64,000 bases of DNA from positions 62,001 through 126,000 of IMG/VR virus record IMGVR_UViG_3300029983_000007, one strand, 5' to 3'. The translations under genes were made by a program, and so were the position numbers. Shown in pieces: positions 9,071 to 18,506 of this stretch (its first letter is position 1; each line of letters opens with the position of its first letter). The notes below the pieces were generated by a model, which saw nothing but the letters and a program-made list of their open reading frames with translations, did no database searches and was not told the DNA's origin.

Positions 9071-9934
9071 ATGGATTATTTAAAAATATATAAAAAATTG
9101 ATAACAAATGCAATAGAAAGGACAATTTCTGATAATGAAGTATATGAAAAACATCATATAATATCAAAATGTATATTCAATGATAACTATTCTATATCAG
9201 TATTTAATGATTATTATAAATTAGTCAAATCAAAATATAGTCTTAGTAATGTAGTTAAATTAACACTAAGAGAGCATTATATTTCACATTTATTGTTGGT
9301 TAGAATTTTTGAAAAAAATAAAAATTGTCATTTTAAATTATTATGTGCTGCAAATTTTTTGACCAACAGAACAAAAAATAATAGGGAATATGAATGGCAA
9401 AAGAAAGAATACATTGAGAAATTAAAAATATCTATGACTGGAAAGCCAAGTAGAGCAAAAGGAAAAAAATGGTCAGAAGAATCAAAGAAAAATAAATCAG
9501 GCACAAATCATTATATGTATAATAAAAATTATGATGAACTTTATGGATTAGAAAAATCTCAAGAGTTGAAAGAAAATAGAAGAAATTCACAATTAGGTAG
9601 AATAAAATCAACTGAAGAAAAAAATAAATTATCTAACAGAATATTCACAGAAGAATGGAAAAATAATATATCAAAAAATAAAAAAGGTAAAAAACTATCA
9701 GAAACAAATAAAGATAATATTAAGAAGTTTATGTTAAATCCAGATTTGAACCCGAATGTGGATCAGACATTATATAAATTTTACCATATAGATGGCAGGG
9801 AAATTATATCAAGAAAAATTGAAATGAAAAAAAATTATAATTGTACAGACATACACAAAATAATAAGCGGTATTAGAAAAATTTCTAAAGGATGGAGGTA
9901 TAAAGGAGAAATAATAAAAAAAAGTGATGAATAA
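9071..9934 (+). CDS. Free-standing HNH homing endonuclease with NUMOD3-like repeats
   Basis: YEKHHII...NVVKLTLREHYISHLLL; KGKKWSEESK and KGKKLSETNK repeats. Confidence 0.8.
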   Translation: MDYLKIYKKLITNAIERTISDNEVYEKHHIISKCIFNDNYSISVFNDYYKLVKSKYSLSNVVKLTLREHYISHLLLVRIFEKNKNCHFKLLCAANFLTNRTKNNREYEWQKKEYIEKLKISMTGKPSRAKGKKWSEESKKNKSGTNHYMYNKNYDELYGLEKSQELKENRRNSQLGRIKSTEEKNKLSNRIFTEEWKNNISKNKKGKKLSETNKDNIKKFMLNPDLNPNVDQTLYKFYHIDGREIISRKIEMKKNYNCTDIHKIISGIRKISKGWRYKGEIIKKSDE

Positions 9935-9951
9935 TCATCACTTTTTAATTT

Positions 9952-11031
9952 TTAAATTTTATATAGAGGACAATCACGATTACAACGAATAAGGTTATTT
10001 CTAAAATTAATAGTCTTTTCGTTATTCCAAATATCATCAATAAAATTACCACATTTTAAAACATTTAGTCCTTCTTTCCAATTTTCTGTATTTGGAGTAA
10101 ATGAGCAAGGAAAATAATTTCCTTTGACATCAATATAGCTACTATAACAACTTGACTCACATGGCTCTACACATTGCTTCATTTTGTTTCTGTATTCATC
10201 TGATAATGAGTTATCTGATTCCAAATATTTTAGAAATTTGTGACTACTGCAACTATCAAATCCTATACTTATTTTTTCATCTAATGCAAATTTGCAAAGT
10301 TCATTAAACTTATCCTGTGGTAAAGGGTGAAATCTATTTTCTGCTCTACCTTTAGTTTTTAAACTTAGTAAAACTAATGCGTTAAGATTTTTTAATCTTT
10401 CATCATTTTTACAATCTTTAATTACTTGCATTGTATAGTCAAAATTTTCCAAGCAAATCATATCGTGAATGTTTACTTGTGTCATTCCTCTATCAGTTAA
10501 TTCTTTTATTGCGTTGTAACTATTGTCTTTATTATAAGATGTACCAACTGATACAGCAACTGCTCCCATTGTTTTTGATAATCTATCATACAATTCTGAT
10601 GTCATTCGTGATCCATTTATTGTTACATTAGGAACAACATCTTGAGAGCGAGTATAATCAAAAATATCCCACATATCTGGATTTGAATCAATGTCTGTTA
10701 TTCCAAATGCTACCTGAGTTACAGTTAAAGGAAGCTTAGAAAAAATGTTTTTATATGTGTCTAATGACATATATTCACCATCTTTATTGTTGCTCTTGTA
10801 GCAAAATGAACAGTTTTGTTTACACGCTGTGTCAATTTCAATATCAGCAATTTCAGGTAATCCTATTTCTAAATCACCATCATCATCTTCTGTTTTACCC
10901 CATCTGGCAAAAAACCCTGTTTTTTTGTTAAATAAGAAATTGTAGTTTTCTGATTTTAAAATTTTAACATCTTTATTATCTACAATTAGTGCTTCTTCAC
11001 CGTTTGAAAGTTTTAATTTAGTTTGTTTCAT
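9952..11031 (-). CDS. Radical SAM enzyme with SPASM/twitch-like C-terminal domain
   Basis: CKQNCSFC (CX3CX2C); C-terminal CES...YIDVKGNYFPCSF...CNRDCP. Confidence 0.9.
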   Translation of the reverse strand: MKQTKLKLSNGEEALIVDNKDVKILKSENYNFLFNKKTGFFARWGKTEDDDGDLEIGLPEIADIEIDTACKQNCSFCYKSNNKDGEYMSLDTYKNIFSKLPLTVTQVAFGITDIDSNPDMWDIFDYTRSQDVVPNVTINGSRMTSELYDRLSKTMGAVAVSVGTSYNKDNSYNAIKELTDRGMTQVNIHDMICLENFDYTMQVIKDCKNDERLKNLNALVLLSLKTKGRAENRFHPLPQDKFNELCKFALDEKISIGFDSCSSHKFLKYLESDNSLSDEYRNKMKQCVEPCESSCYSSYIDVKGNYFPCSFTPNTENWKEGLNVLKCGNFIDDIWNNEKTINFRNNLIRCNRDCPLYKI

Positions 11032-11285
11032 ATTTTGTTTAATTTGTTTAATTTGTCTCTTCTTTCAGATTTTAATGATGATTCAAATAATTCAATATAA
11101 TATAATGTATAGGGTTGTTCTGATATTCCTATACGCAAAATGTCTTTGTTAATAGATGAATATTGTAGTCCATCTACAGTGTAATTTTTATCAAAACTCA
11201 AATCTGATGGTATTCCAATTTGCTCAAATATGTTTGTTGGTTTTTTGAGTATAACTTTATCACCAATTTTCAAGTTTGTTATCAT
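11028..11285 (-). CDS. KIGD-type small protein with RxxKL tail
   Basis: LKIGDKVILK ... ERRDKLNKLNKI. Confidence 0.7.
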   Translation of the reverse strand: MITNLKIGDKVILKKPTNIFEQIGIPSDLSFDKNYTVDGLQYSSINKDILRIGISEQPYTLYYIELFESSLKSERRDKLNKLNKI

Positions 11286-11310
11286 GTTTGATTATTTAAA
11301 ACATTTTAAT

Positions 11311-11565
11311 TTAACACTCAGATATTTCTATTTCATTTGTTTCATTTACATCACAAAAATTCTCATTTAGAATATTCAATGCTTTGTTAAAATTGTTTTC
11401 TGTTGTATCTACAACATCTTTATATTCTGATGAACTATCAGCATATAAAATAGTCCAACCATTTTTTCCTGCTTGAATCGTTACAATTAACTGTCCTGCT
11501 CCAACTCTGAAACTTTTTTCTTTTTCTACCTCACTTGAAGGCATCATCCCACAAAATCTATTCAT
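11311..11565 (-). CDS. hypothetical protein
   Basis: 84 aa ORF. Confidence 0.6.
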   Translation of the reverse strand: MNRFCGMMPSSEVEKEKSFRVGAGQLIVTIQAGKNGWTILYADSSSEYKDVVDTTENNFNKALNILNENFCDVNETNEIEISEC

Positions 11566-11744
11566 ATTATTTTACTGTTATTTTTACTAATTTATTCTTC
11601 TATTTGTTTATCAATCTTTCTTTTTGATGCATTATATAATCCTAATCTTTTAATTTTAATTGTTTTGTTTGTTAACCACCATTTAACAAAATAAGATTTT
11701 TTAATTTTCTTTTTTTGTTTTCTGATGACATAAATTTATTTTTT

Positions 11745-12062
11745 TTAAATAGAATAAACAAAGTCTGCTGACATTCTGTGTTCAACTTGTTCTCCTGAGT
11801 CATTTTGAAAAGTTAAATATAAACTGTGAATATATTCAGTTTTTAGTAATTTGTATGTTTCATCACATACAAATAAGTCATCAACTAGACATGCCTCTTC
11901 TATTAGATGATCAATAACTTCTTTTGACTCTAACTTTTCTTTTATTTCATTATAAGCATCAGAATAAGTGTCTGTATTTTCTACTTTGAAAACAAGTCCA
12001 TTAGATACCCAGTAATCTTCTCTATCCACATTTGAGAATAAAATTGCATTTTTCTTTTTCAT
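11745..12062 (-). CDS. hypothetical protein
   Basis: 105 aa ORF. Confidence 0.6.
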   Translation of the reverse strand: MKKKNAILFSNVDREDYWVSNGLVFKVENTDTYSDAYNEIKEKLESKEVIDHLIEEACLVDDLFVCDETYKLLKTEYIHSLYLTFQNDSGEQVEHRMSADFVYSI

Positions 12063-12074
12063 ATTTTTTATTTT

Positions 12075-12362
12075 TTATTTTTTAAAATCATTCAAAGTTA
12101 TATAGAACACATCAATTAAAAAGTAATAATCTTTATTATATAAATGTTGTTTTGTATAATCGCTATAATTACTTTTCATTGTGCCATACATCATCACACA
12201 AGGATATATTGAAGGCGATTTAAATGTTGATGTTTGGTACTCATATTGTTCTTTTTTTGAACTGTAAATTGCTTTGTTAATATTTTTATTTGGTATAATA
12301 TTATAGATATCATCTAATAATTTATATAAGTATTTTTCAGTTTCTAATAATTGTTTTTTCAT
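12075..12362 (-). CDS. hypothetical protein
   Basis: 95 aa ORF. Confidence 0.55.
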   Translation of the reverse strand: MKKQLLETEKYLYKLLDDIYNIIPNKNINKAIYSSKKEQYEYQTSTFKSPSIYPCVMMYGTMKSNYSDYTKQHLYNKDYYFLIDVFYITLNDFKK

Positions 12363-12364
12363 TT

Positions 12365-12622
12365 TTAAAATAATTTATCTGGAAATATATCTTTATCTAA
12401 TTTATTGAGTCTTTCATTTAACTCATTATATTTATCTATTTTATTTTTGTGAATAATCTTACATACTTTTTCAATTTCTTCTGTTAGATTATTAATAAAT
12501 CCACATTTGATGACTGTTATCGAATCATCATTCTCAATTATTGCTACTATTGAATTTTTTTTATATTTCAATTCAATATCGACATCATATTTATCTATAA
12601 ATTTCAAAATTATACTTTCCAT
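12365..12622 (-). CDS. hypothetical protein
   Basis: 85 aa ORF. Confidence 0.55.
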   Translation of the reverse strand: MESIILKFIDKYDVDIELKYKKNSIVAIIENDDSITVIKCGFINNLTEEIEKVCKIIHKNKIDKYNELNERLNKLDKDIFPDKLF

Positions 12623-12631
12623 TATTATTTT

Positions 12632-13036
12632 TTATTGTATAAATATTTGTTTAATCATATTCAATCTTTCTTCATCTGTCATTGGCTTATTCATTTCATA
12701 TGAATATTTTTCAGATATCAATCTCAATCTTTCACTTTCAGAATAATCAAATAAATTATCTATATTTGAACAATCAGCTATGATATTATCTTTGTCATCA
12801 TAAATTATATAATTATCTTTATTCTGTTCTAATTCATCATATATACTATCAGATATAAAATCATTTATTATATTAGCTGTAGATACACCATAAATAGAAT
12901 TTAATAAAATAATATTAATCTTATTATAAGTTTCTAAAAAATCAAATAAATCTAATCCATTTTCATGAATACACTTCTCTTTTTTTCCTTCTTCTATAGA
13001 AAGTTCAACAAATTTTGTAAATGTGTATTTTTTCAT
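12632..13036 (-). CDS. hypothetical protein (start probably MKKYTF at 13036)
   Basis: ATG directly after upstream stop. Confidence 0.55.
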   Translation of the reverse strand: MKKYTFTKFVELSIEEGKKEKCIHENGLDLFDFLETYNKINIILLNSIYGVSTANIINDFISDSIYDELEQNKDNYIIYDDKDNIIADCSNIDNLFDYSESERLRLISEKYSYEMNKPMTDEERLNMIKQIFIQ

Positions 13037-13037
13037 A

Positions 13038-13841
13038 CTATTTTTTATTTTTGTCAATATCAGGAAATATGTATTCCAAGTAATATCTTGTTAATGAATA
13101 TACATCAGCCCATTCAGATTTGCTACCAGAAAAATTTGTATTGATGAATGACAAACCAGTATTATAAAAATATTCTTTATTTATCTCTTTTTTAACATCT
13201 GTTATTATATAGGCATCACCCAATTTATCACCAACTTTAAAATCAGCTATTTTATTAGCCATATCGTTTTCAGCAAACAATTCACAATGTTTACTGAAAA
13301 CTTCATCACAGGCAAATAATAACAAATCTAAACTGTATATGGTTTCACCTATTTGAGCCATTTTAACCTCAGTGAATTTAGGACGAACAAATGAAAGAGT
13401 ATTCCAAATAGCATGAACGTTATCTTTTTCAATAATTTCAATTAGTGAAGGAAGAATTTGTTTCATTGTTAAAAATTTGTCATCAACATGTGCATCAGAG
13501 GTTTCATCATCCATTTTGTCACGGTCATCACTTATTGTGAAAACAGACATTCTATCTCGATATGAAATTTCTTTATCTTTGTTAATAGATATAAATGTGA
13601 AATGACTACTATATTGTCTTACTAATAGTTGAACATTATCCTTAACTAAGAAAAACCAATCATAGTTTTTTCCCTCACTAAATTTTAAATCGTCAAAGGT
13701 AAATTTATCATCAACAGTATTGATAGGTATATATTTTAACAAATATTCAAAACTATATTTTAATTTTTGTATCAGCTTATTTTCATAAACTATGTGTTGT
13801 TTAAAATTGCTTTCTTCAAACTTGAAAATATCTTTTTCCAT
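13038..13841 (-). CDS. hypothetical protein
   Basis: 267 aa; TATCTTTG promoter element at 13865-13872. Confidence 0.7.
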   Translation of the reverse strand: MEKDIFKFEESNFKQHIVYENKLIQKLKYSFEYLLKYIPINTVDDKFTFDDLKFSEGKNYDWFFLVKDNVQLLVRQYSSHFTFISINKDKEISYRDRMSVFTISDDRDKMDDETSDAHVDDKFLTMKQILPSLIEIIEKDNVHAIWNTLSFVRPKFTEVKMAQIGETIYSLDLLLFACDEVFSKHCELFAENDMANKIADFKVGDKLGDAYIITDVKKEINKEYFYNTGLSFINTNFSGSKSEWADVYSLTRYYLEYIFPDIDKNKK

Positions 13842-14221
13842 ATTGTTTTTATTTTTTAATTACACAAAGATACTAATTAATTTGATGATTATATTAATCA
13901 AGAGCTATTTTTTATTTATTTTTAACTATTTAACTAATATCGTGATTATTAGTTAGTTATAAATAAAAATAAACTATTTGTTTATTTAAGTCTATACAAT
14001 AACATACTAAGTTAATTTATGGTAACTATTTATTACTATATAATAATATAACTAATAATTATAAATCAAATTAGATAATCTAATTTTATAATTAATTGAT
14101 GATTTAATCTGCTGATTTCCTTACTGTGAATCATATCTTATAGGCAGATTTTACTTTTTTACTTTGAATTTATACAATAATTCTACTTTTTAAAATCATC
14201 AATCAAAAACAAATTAAAGAC

Positions 14222-14689
14222 ATGAGAAAAATTATAATAAGCATAATAATTATGCTATTGACTTTTAGTGCTTATACTAATGCACAAAATGAACAAAAAA
14301 AATTCATAAATAAATTTGATGAATTATCTATATCACTAAGTAATGAATTTAAAATACCAGTCAGCGTAATACTTGCTATTTCATTGTGGGAAAGTGGTTC
14401 TGGTACAAGTAGATTAAGTAGAACTAAACATAACTATTTTGGAGTAAAACAAGGAAAAAATTATAAACGTTATGATAATGATTCTGTATCATTTAGACAT
14501 TTTTGTGAATTCATTTCAAAAAGAAAATATTATAAAAAATTAACATCTAACAATGTAACTGATTATCATATATGGGTACTCAATATCAAAAGAGGAGGAT
14601 ATTCAGAAACAAAAACATGGGACAAACATGTTATCTCTATGATTGAAATATATAATTTAACTATGATTGATGATAAATCTGAAGAATAA
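14222..14689 (+). CDS. Secreted GH73 glucosaminidase/muramidase (peptidoglycan hydrolase)
   Basis: Signal peptide; IPVSVILAISLWESGSG, HNYFGVK, GYSE. Confidence 0.85.
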   Translation: MRKIIISIIIMLLTFSAYTNAQNEQKKFINKFDELSISLSNEFKIPVSVILAISLWESGSGTSRLSRTKHNYFGVKQGKNYKRYDNDSVSFRHFCEFISKRKYYKKLTSNNVTDYHIWVLNIKRGGYSETKTWDKHVISMIEIYNLTMIDDKSEE

Positions 14690-14690
14690 T

Positions 14691-14846
14691 TTATAGATTA
14701 TTTAATCTATTTAACTTTTCAGTTCTATCATTTTTTAATTTCTTTCTTTCTTCTTCTCTATCAAATATCATTTTAAATGTATAGTTATAAAATGCAGGAT
14801 TTGCTACTAAGTCGTAGCTGAAAAGTTTACTTGATTTTATTTCCAA
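14691..14846 (-). CDS. Small protein: prohead-protease-like peptide fused to RxxKL tail
   Basis: Manual translation LEIKSSKLFSYDLVANPAFYNYTFKMIFDREEERKKLKNDRTEKLNRLNNL (TTG start). Confidence 0.55.
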   Translation of the reverse strand: MEIKSSKLFSYDLVANPAFYNYTFKMIFDREEERKKLKNDRTEKLNRLNNL

Positions 14847-15138
14847 TTTGCTTCAATTTCTTTTTTCTTAGATGCTTAACATATTCATTAGGAAAGTTAT
14901 CATAGTCCAATACAGGCTTGTTTGAAGCTTCCTTTATGACATCTAATTGCCATTGTATTGACTCAACTGGATCATCACATTCACTTTCATAAGATATTAT
15001 AGTAATTGGATTTTCAGTACAAGCTTCAGGTAAGTCCGTTTCATCGTTATAATATACTTCATAAATACTAAAATGAACATCAGAGTATAAATCTGTTGTT
15101 ATTCTTTTTGCTAAAATTCTATAATTCCAATGTGTCAT
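14827..15138 (-). CDS. hypothetical protein with RxxKL tail
   Basis: WNYRI...IYEVYY; ends HLRKKKLKQI. Confidence 0.7.
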   Translation of the reverse strand: MTHWNYRILAKRITTDLYSDVHFSIYEVYYNDETDLPEACTENPITIISYESECDDPVESIQWQLDVIKEASNKPVLDYDNFPNEYVKHLRKKKLKQIGNKIK

Positions 15139-15172
15139 AATAATTATATATCTATAAGATAAAATAGTTTAT

Positions 15173-15206
15173 AAAAAAAGTCAGAATAATTATTCTGACT
15201 TTTTTT
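15173..15206. terminator. Bidirectional intrinsic terminator
   Basis: A-tract GTCAGAATAATTATTCTGAC T-tract; same core at 20815-20848. Confidence 0.8.
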
Positions 15207-15215
15207 ATTGTTGTG

Positions 15216-15416
15216 TTATATCATAACATTTAACCAATTTGCTATTGGAATCATTACATAAATAGCCAATAAACATATAATCAATACTATTATTGAAGTT
15301 ATTGGATATAATCTCCAATAAAATTTTATTCCAATAATAACAGATGATAAATGACAAAAAGCACACACAATGAGTGAAATTATTTGTAAAAAAATAAGAA
15401 AATTTATATTTACCAT
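15216..15416 (-). CDS. small two-TM membrane protein
   Basis: two hydrophobic stretches. Confidence 0.55.
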   Translation of the reverse strand: MVNINFLIFLQIISLIVCAFCHLSSVIIGIKFYWRLYPITSIIVLIICLLAIYVMIPIANWLNVMI

Positions 15417-15429
15417 GATAATTTTTAAT

Positions 15430-15723
15430 TTATTGAATTGAATTTAATTTGTTTAATTTATTTTTTCTTGATAAATTTTTGATAGCATTATCAATTAGGT
15501 TATCTGTAATTTCTTTTTTATAATATCTGAAATTATAAGAAGACTTCATTATTTCTAATTGATGTTCATTTGCATTCATTAATTTATTTAAAATACCCTC
15601 TTCTAATTCTTTATAGAATAGCATTTGACCTACCACTTGAATATCCTTATATTTTAATGTGAGTTCTGAAATTAATTCTAAGTTATCACAACTTTTTTTT
15701 AATTGTTCAATTAATTCCTCCAT
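15430..15723 (-). CDS. RxxKL-tail small protein
   Basis: ends LSRKNKLNKLNSIQ. Confidence 0.65.
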   Translation of the reverse strand: MEELIEQLKKSCDNLELISELTLKYKDIQVVGQMLFYKELEEGILNKLMNANEHQLEIMKSSYNFRYYKKEITDNLIDNAIKNLSRKNKLNKLNSIQ

Positions 15724-15731
15724 TTAATTAT

Positions 15732-16064
15732 TTAGATTAAACTTATTTTATATCCTAATTTTTTTAGACATCTATAAAAATTGTCAATATCTAAAACTCC
15801 ACTATTTTTTAGTAAAATATTAATATTATCTGTTTCCTTTTTTTCTTCAATTTCAAAATCTAATTGTCCTTTTACAAATCTCTCGACATCTGAATCATTA
15901 GGATAAGAATCTACAATTTCTTGTAAATCTTCAGTAGATAAATCATACCTATTCATCATCTCACCTATTTCTGATAAATAATCTGACATTGTGTAACTAC
16001 AATAATCATCATCATTTACGAATTTTTTCATTTCAATGTAGAATTTCTCTAATTTTGTTTTCAT
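15732..16064 (-). CDS. hypothetical protein
   Basis: 110 aa ORF. Confidence 0.6.
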   Translation of the reverse strand: MKTKLEKFYIEMKKFVNDDDYCSYTMSDYLSEIGEMMNRYDLSTEDLQEIVDSYPNDSDVERFVKGQLDFEIEEKKETDNINILLKNSGVLDIDNFYRCLKKLGYKISLI

Positions 16065-16065
16065 G

Positions 16066-16560
16066 TTACATTATTTTTTTAGTTAATTTATTGAATATTG
16101 GAGCACAGTGTTTTAATTTGCACCACTGGACAGATTTTAATGTTTTTGTGTCATATAAGCTTCCTGTCATTTCTCCATTATATGAAATATCATGATAATA
16201 AACTTTACCCCAATGATACACAAGAACCATATTTCTTTTGTTCTCTGAATTGTGATATGGTACTTCTTTACCAAGAATATAATTATCTGATAATTTATAA
16301 TCCTTATATTCAAAGTTATCTAAGCTTTGATATTCTGTACCATCAAACACCCAAGAATCTTTAATACTATTGAAGTAAATATTCATTAATCTACTGAACT
16401 CTTGAGATTTAATTATAGTAGAGTTAAGAAGAAGAAATTCATTGAATGATATTCTTTTATCTACTAACTTTATATCATTCCTTATAGAAAATGTGTCTGT
16501 ATTTTCATTGTATTGCACTAATTTACCACAATCAGTTTTATAATACACTTTCTTATTCAT
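16066..16560 (-). CDS. hypothetical protein
   Basis: 164 aa ORF. Confidence 0.6.
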   Translation of the reverse strand: MNKKVYYKTDCGKLVQYNENTDTFSIRNDIKLVDKRISFNEFLLLNSTIIKSQEFSRLMNIYFNSIKDSWVFDGTEYQSLDNFEYKDYKLSDNYILGKEVPYHNSENKRNMVLVYHWGKVYYHDISYNGEMTGSLYDTKTLKSVQWCKLKHCAPIFNKLTKKIM

Positions 16561-16563
16561 GAT

Positions 16564-16896
16564 TTATTTTTTAAGAGTAAGTAAATAATATTCATCTTTA
16601 TTTATCATAGATTTATATGATAATTCAGATTTACATTGATAATTACCAGACGGTAACATCATCAATATATCTTGTTCTTCAATAGGTAAATCAAGTTGTC
16701 CATAATCGCCATCTAAGAAACATGGAATATCAAATTCTGCTAATTCCTCAGCATCATCGTGTATATAAGCTCCTTTTCCTATTGGAAGATTAATAAGTTT
16801 ACCTAAATTAATATTCTCAGTGGATATTAATAATTCACTTTGTTCAGAAGAAAACATTCCATGCGGATTTGTTGTAGTAAATCTTAATTGCTTCAT
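16564..16896 (-). CDS. hypothetical protein
   Basis: 110 aa ORF. Confidence 0.6.
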   Translation of the reverse strand: MKQLRFTTTNPHGMFSSEQSELLISTENINLGKLINLPIGKGAYIHDDAEELAEFDIPCFLDGDYGQLDLPIEEQDILMMLPSGNYQCKSELSYKSMINKDEYYLLTLKK

Positions 16897-17014
16897 AATT
16901 ATTTTTAAAATATAAAAAATCTTATAACATTACATAAAGATATCAAAAGACATATTAGTATAAATTTCATTTCTTTTTTCATATGATTTTTTATTAGTAT
17001 ACATTTTTCACATA

Positions 17015-17554
17015 TTATTTAATATCTACAAATTGATGTAAGTTTAAACCAACACTGATTCCTTGTTCTCTTATTCCACACGTATATTTAATGTCAATTT
17101 TTTTGAATGATGAACAGATTATAATGCCTGTATTATAATATGAACTAGAACTACCCAATTTAATATGTCCATATTCCATATCACTATATAATTGTGATTT
17201 AGAAACAAGCCCCACAAATGGTATGACATATAACCATTTGTTTGTTGTAATACAATATCCAACTTTGAAACTTTCAAGTAATTCTTTATCTGTTAAATAT
17301 CCTTCACCATATACATTTTCTGGACTCGAACCATAATTACTACCATATGAAAAATAACAATTAAGAAAAGTAATACCAAATGATAATACGATAGGAGAAG
17401 AATAATTTGTGTTTAAATATGACACTCCTAAATCAAACGTGTTAATACCAAATGGATATTTACCAGTGTATGGTTTTTTAAAACTCCAATCTGATTTAGA
17501 TTGTGAAAACACACTCACAGAAACAATCAACATTAACAATGATATTTTTTTCAT
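17015..17554 (-). CDS. Exported protein, probable small outer-membrane beta-barrel
   Basis: Signal peptide ending VFS|Q; alternating amphipathic strands, YVIPFVG, GISVGLNL. Confidence 0.55.
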   Translation of the reverse strand: MKKISLLMLIVSVSVFSQSKSDWSFKKPYTGKYPFGINTFDLGVSYLNTNYSSPIVLSFGITFLNCYFSYGSNYGSSPENVYGEGYLTDKELLESFKVGYCITTNKWLYVIPFVGLVSKSQLYSDMEYGHIKLGSSSSYYNTGIIICSSFKKIDIKYTCGIREQGISVGLNLHQFVDIK

Positions 17555-17565
17555 ATAATTTTTTA

Positions 17566-17982
17566 TTAGTATACATTTACTTCAGAAAATTTGCAAATAT
17601 TTAGTATTTCTATATCTTTTGATACATCATTACCTATACTTCTATTATATGGTATATCAACAGTGAAAAAATAATCTTTCCTGATGTTCCACATTTTTGA
17701 TTCTCTGTTACCCCAGAATATCACAAAATATGAGCTATCTGATTTCAATTTAATTGTCATGTCAGTATAATAGCTATCTTTGAAGTACATTTTAAATGTT
17801 GTGTCATTAAAACTAGCATACTCACTTAATGACAGATAATCTTTATTCTCGATGATACAATCTTTAAAATTGTCTTTTCTGAAATCTGATTTTTCTGATA
17901 TTTTAATAGCAAATTGATATATTAATGCTGAATATAAACTGAATATCAGTATAAACCATAATGCAACTAATGTTTTTTTCAT
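17566..17982 (-). CDS. membrane-anchored protein, paralog of 18487..18807
   Basis: shared YYT..TIKL...WGNR.S..W....D.FF. Confidence 0.65.
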   Translation of the reverse strand: MKKTLVALWFILIFSLYSALIYQFAIKISEKSDFRKDNFKDCIIENKDYLSLSEYASFNDTTFKMYFKDSYYTDMTIKLKSDSSYFVIFWGNRESKMWNIRKDYFFTVDIPYNRSIGNDVSKDIEILNICKFSEVNVY

Positions 17983-17990
17983 ACTTTTTA

Positions 17991-18506
17991 TTATTCTTCT
18001 ATAAAATTACCAATTAAATTATCACTAAATAGACTATCTGATTTGATAAAAATAGTATAACCATTTTCATATTTTTCTATGAAATTTTCATAATTATCAT
18101 CAATTGTTCCTTTGAGTTCTTTAAGTTCAAGACAATCAAAAACTTTAAATGCATTATAATCATACTCTTTTGATTTTTTACTCAGCCAGTCCTTTCTTTC
18201 TTCTTTTGTTTTAAAAGACTCAACGCCATGCCTATGTTCATATGCAATAAAATCATGCTCTACTATTACCACATTTCCGTCGTCAATTATAATGTATGAT
18301 TTCTCAGATAATTTAGATTTTGTTATACTTTTATCATATTCATATAACAATGAATCAACATCACCCTTATTTTCAACAAAACTGGATAACCAATAGTCAT
18401 TGAATTTATTTTTATCATTAGATTTTTTAAATTCTTCAATGAGTTCTTGCCTAATGGACAAATATCTTGAAATTAAATCATTATCTTTATTTACTATTGG
18501 TTTCAT
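17991..18506 (-). CDS. hypothetical protein
   Basis: 171 aa ORF. Confidence 0.6.
   Translation of the reverse strand: MKPIVNKDNDLISRYLSIRQELIEEFKKSNDKNKFNDYWLSSFVENKGDVDSLLYEYDKSITKSKLSEKSYIIIDDGNVVIVEHDFIAYEHRHGVESFKTKEERKDWLSKKSKEYDYNAFKVFDCLELKELKGTIDDNYENFIEKYENGYTIFIKSDSLFSDNLIGNFIEE

Noticed and set aside
15150-15175. Third promoter class TAAAC-N-TATA (also near 29538, 42242, 48175, 59178, 63820)
   Set aside because: Spacing is inconsistent (about 14-18 nt) and the motif is too AT-rich to support without statistics.
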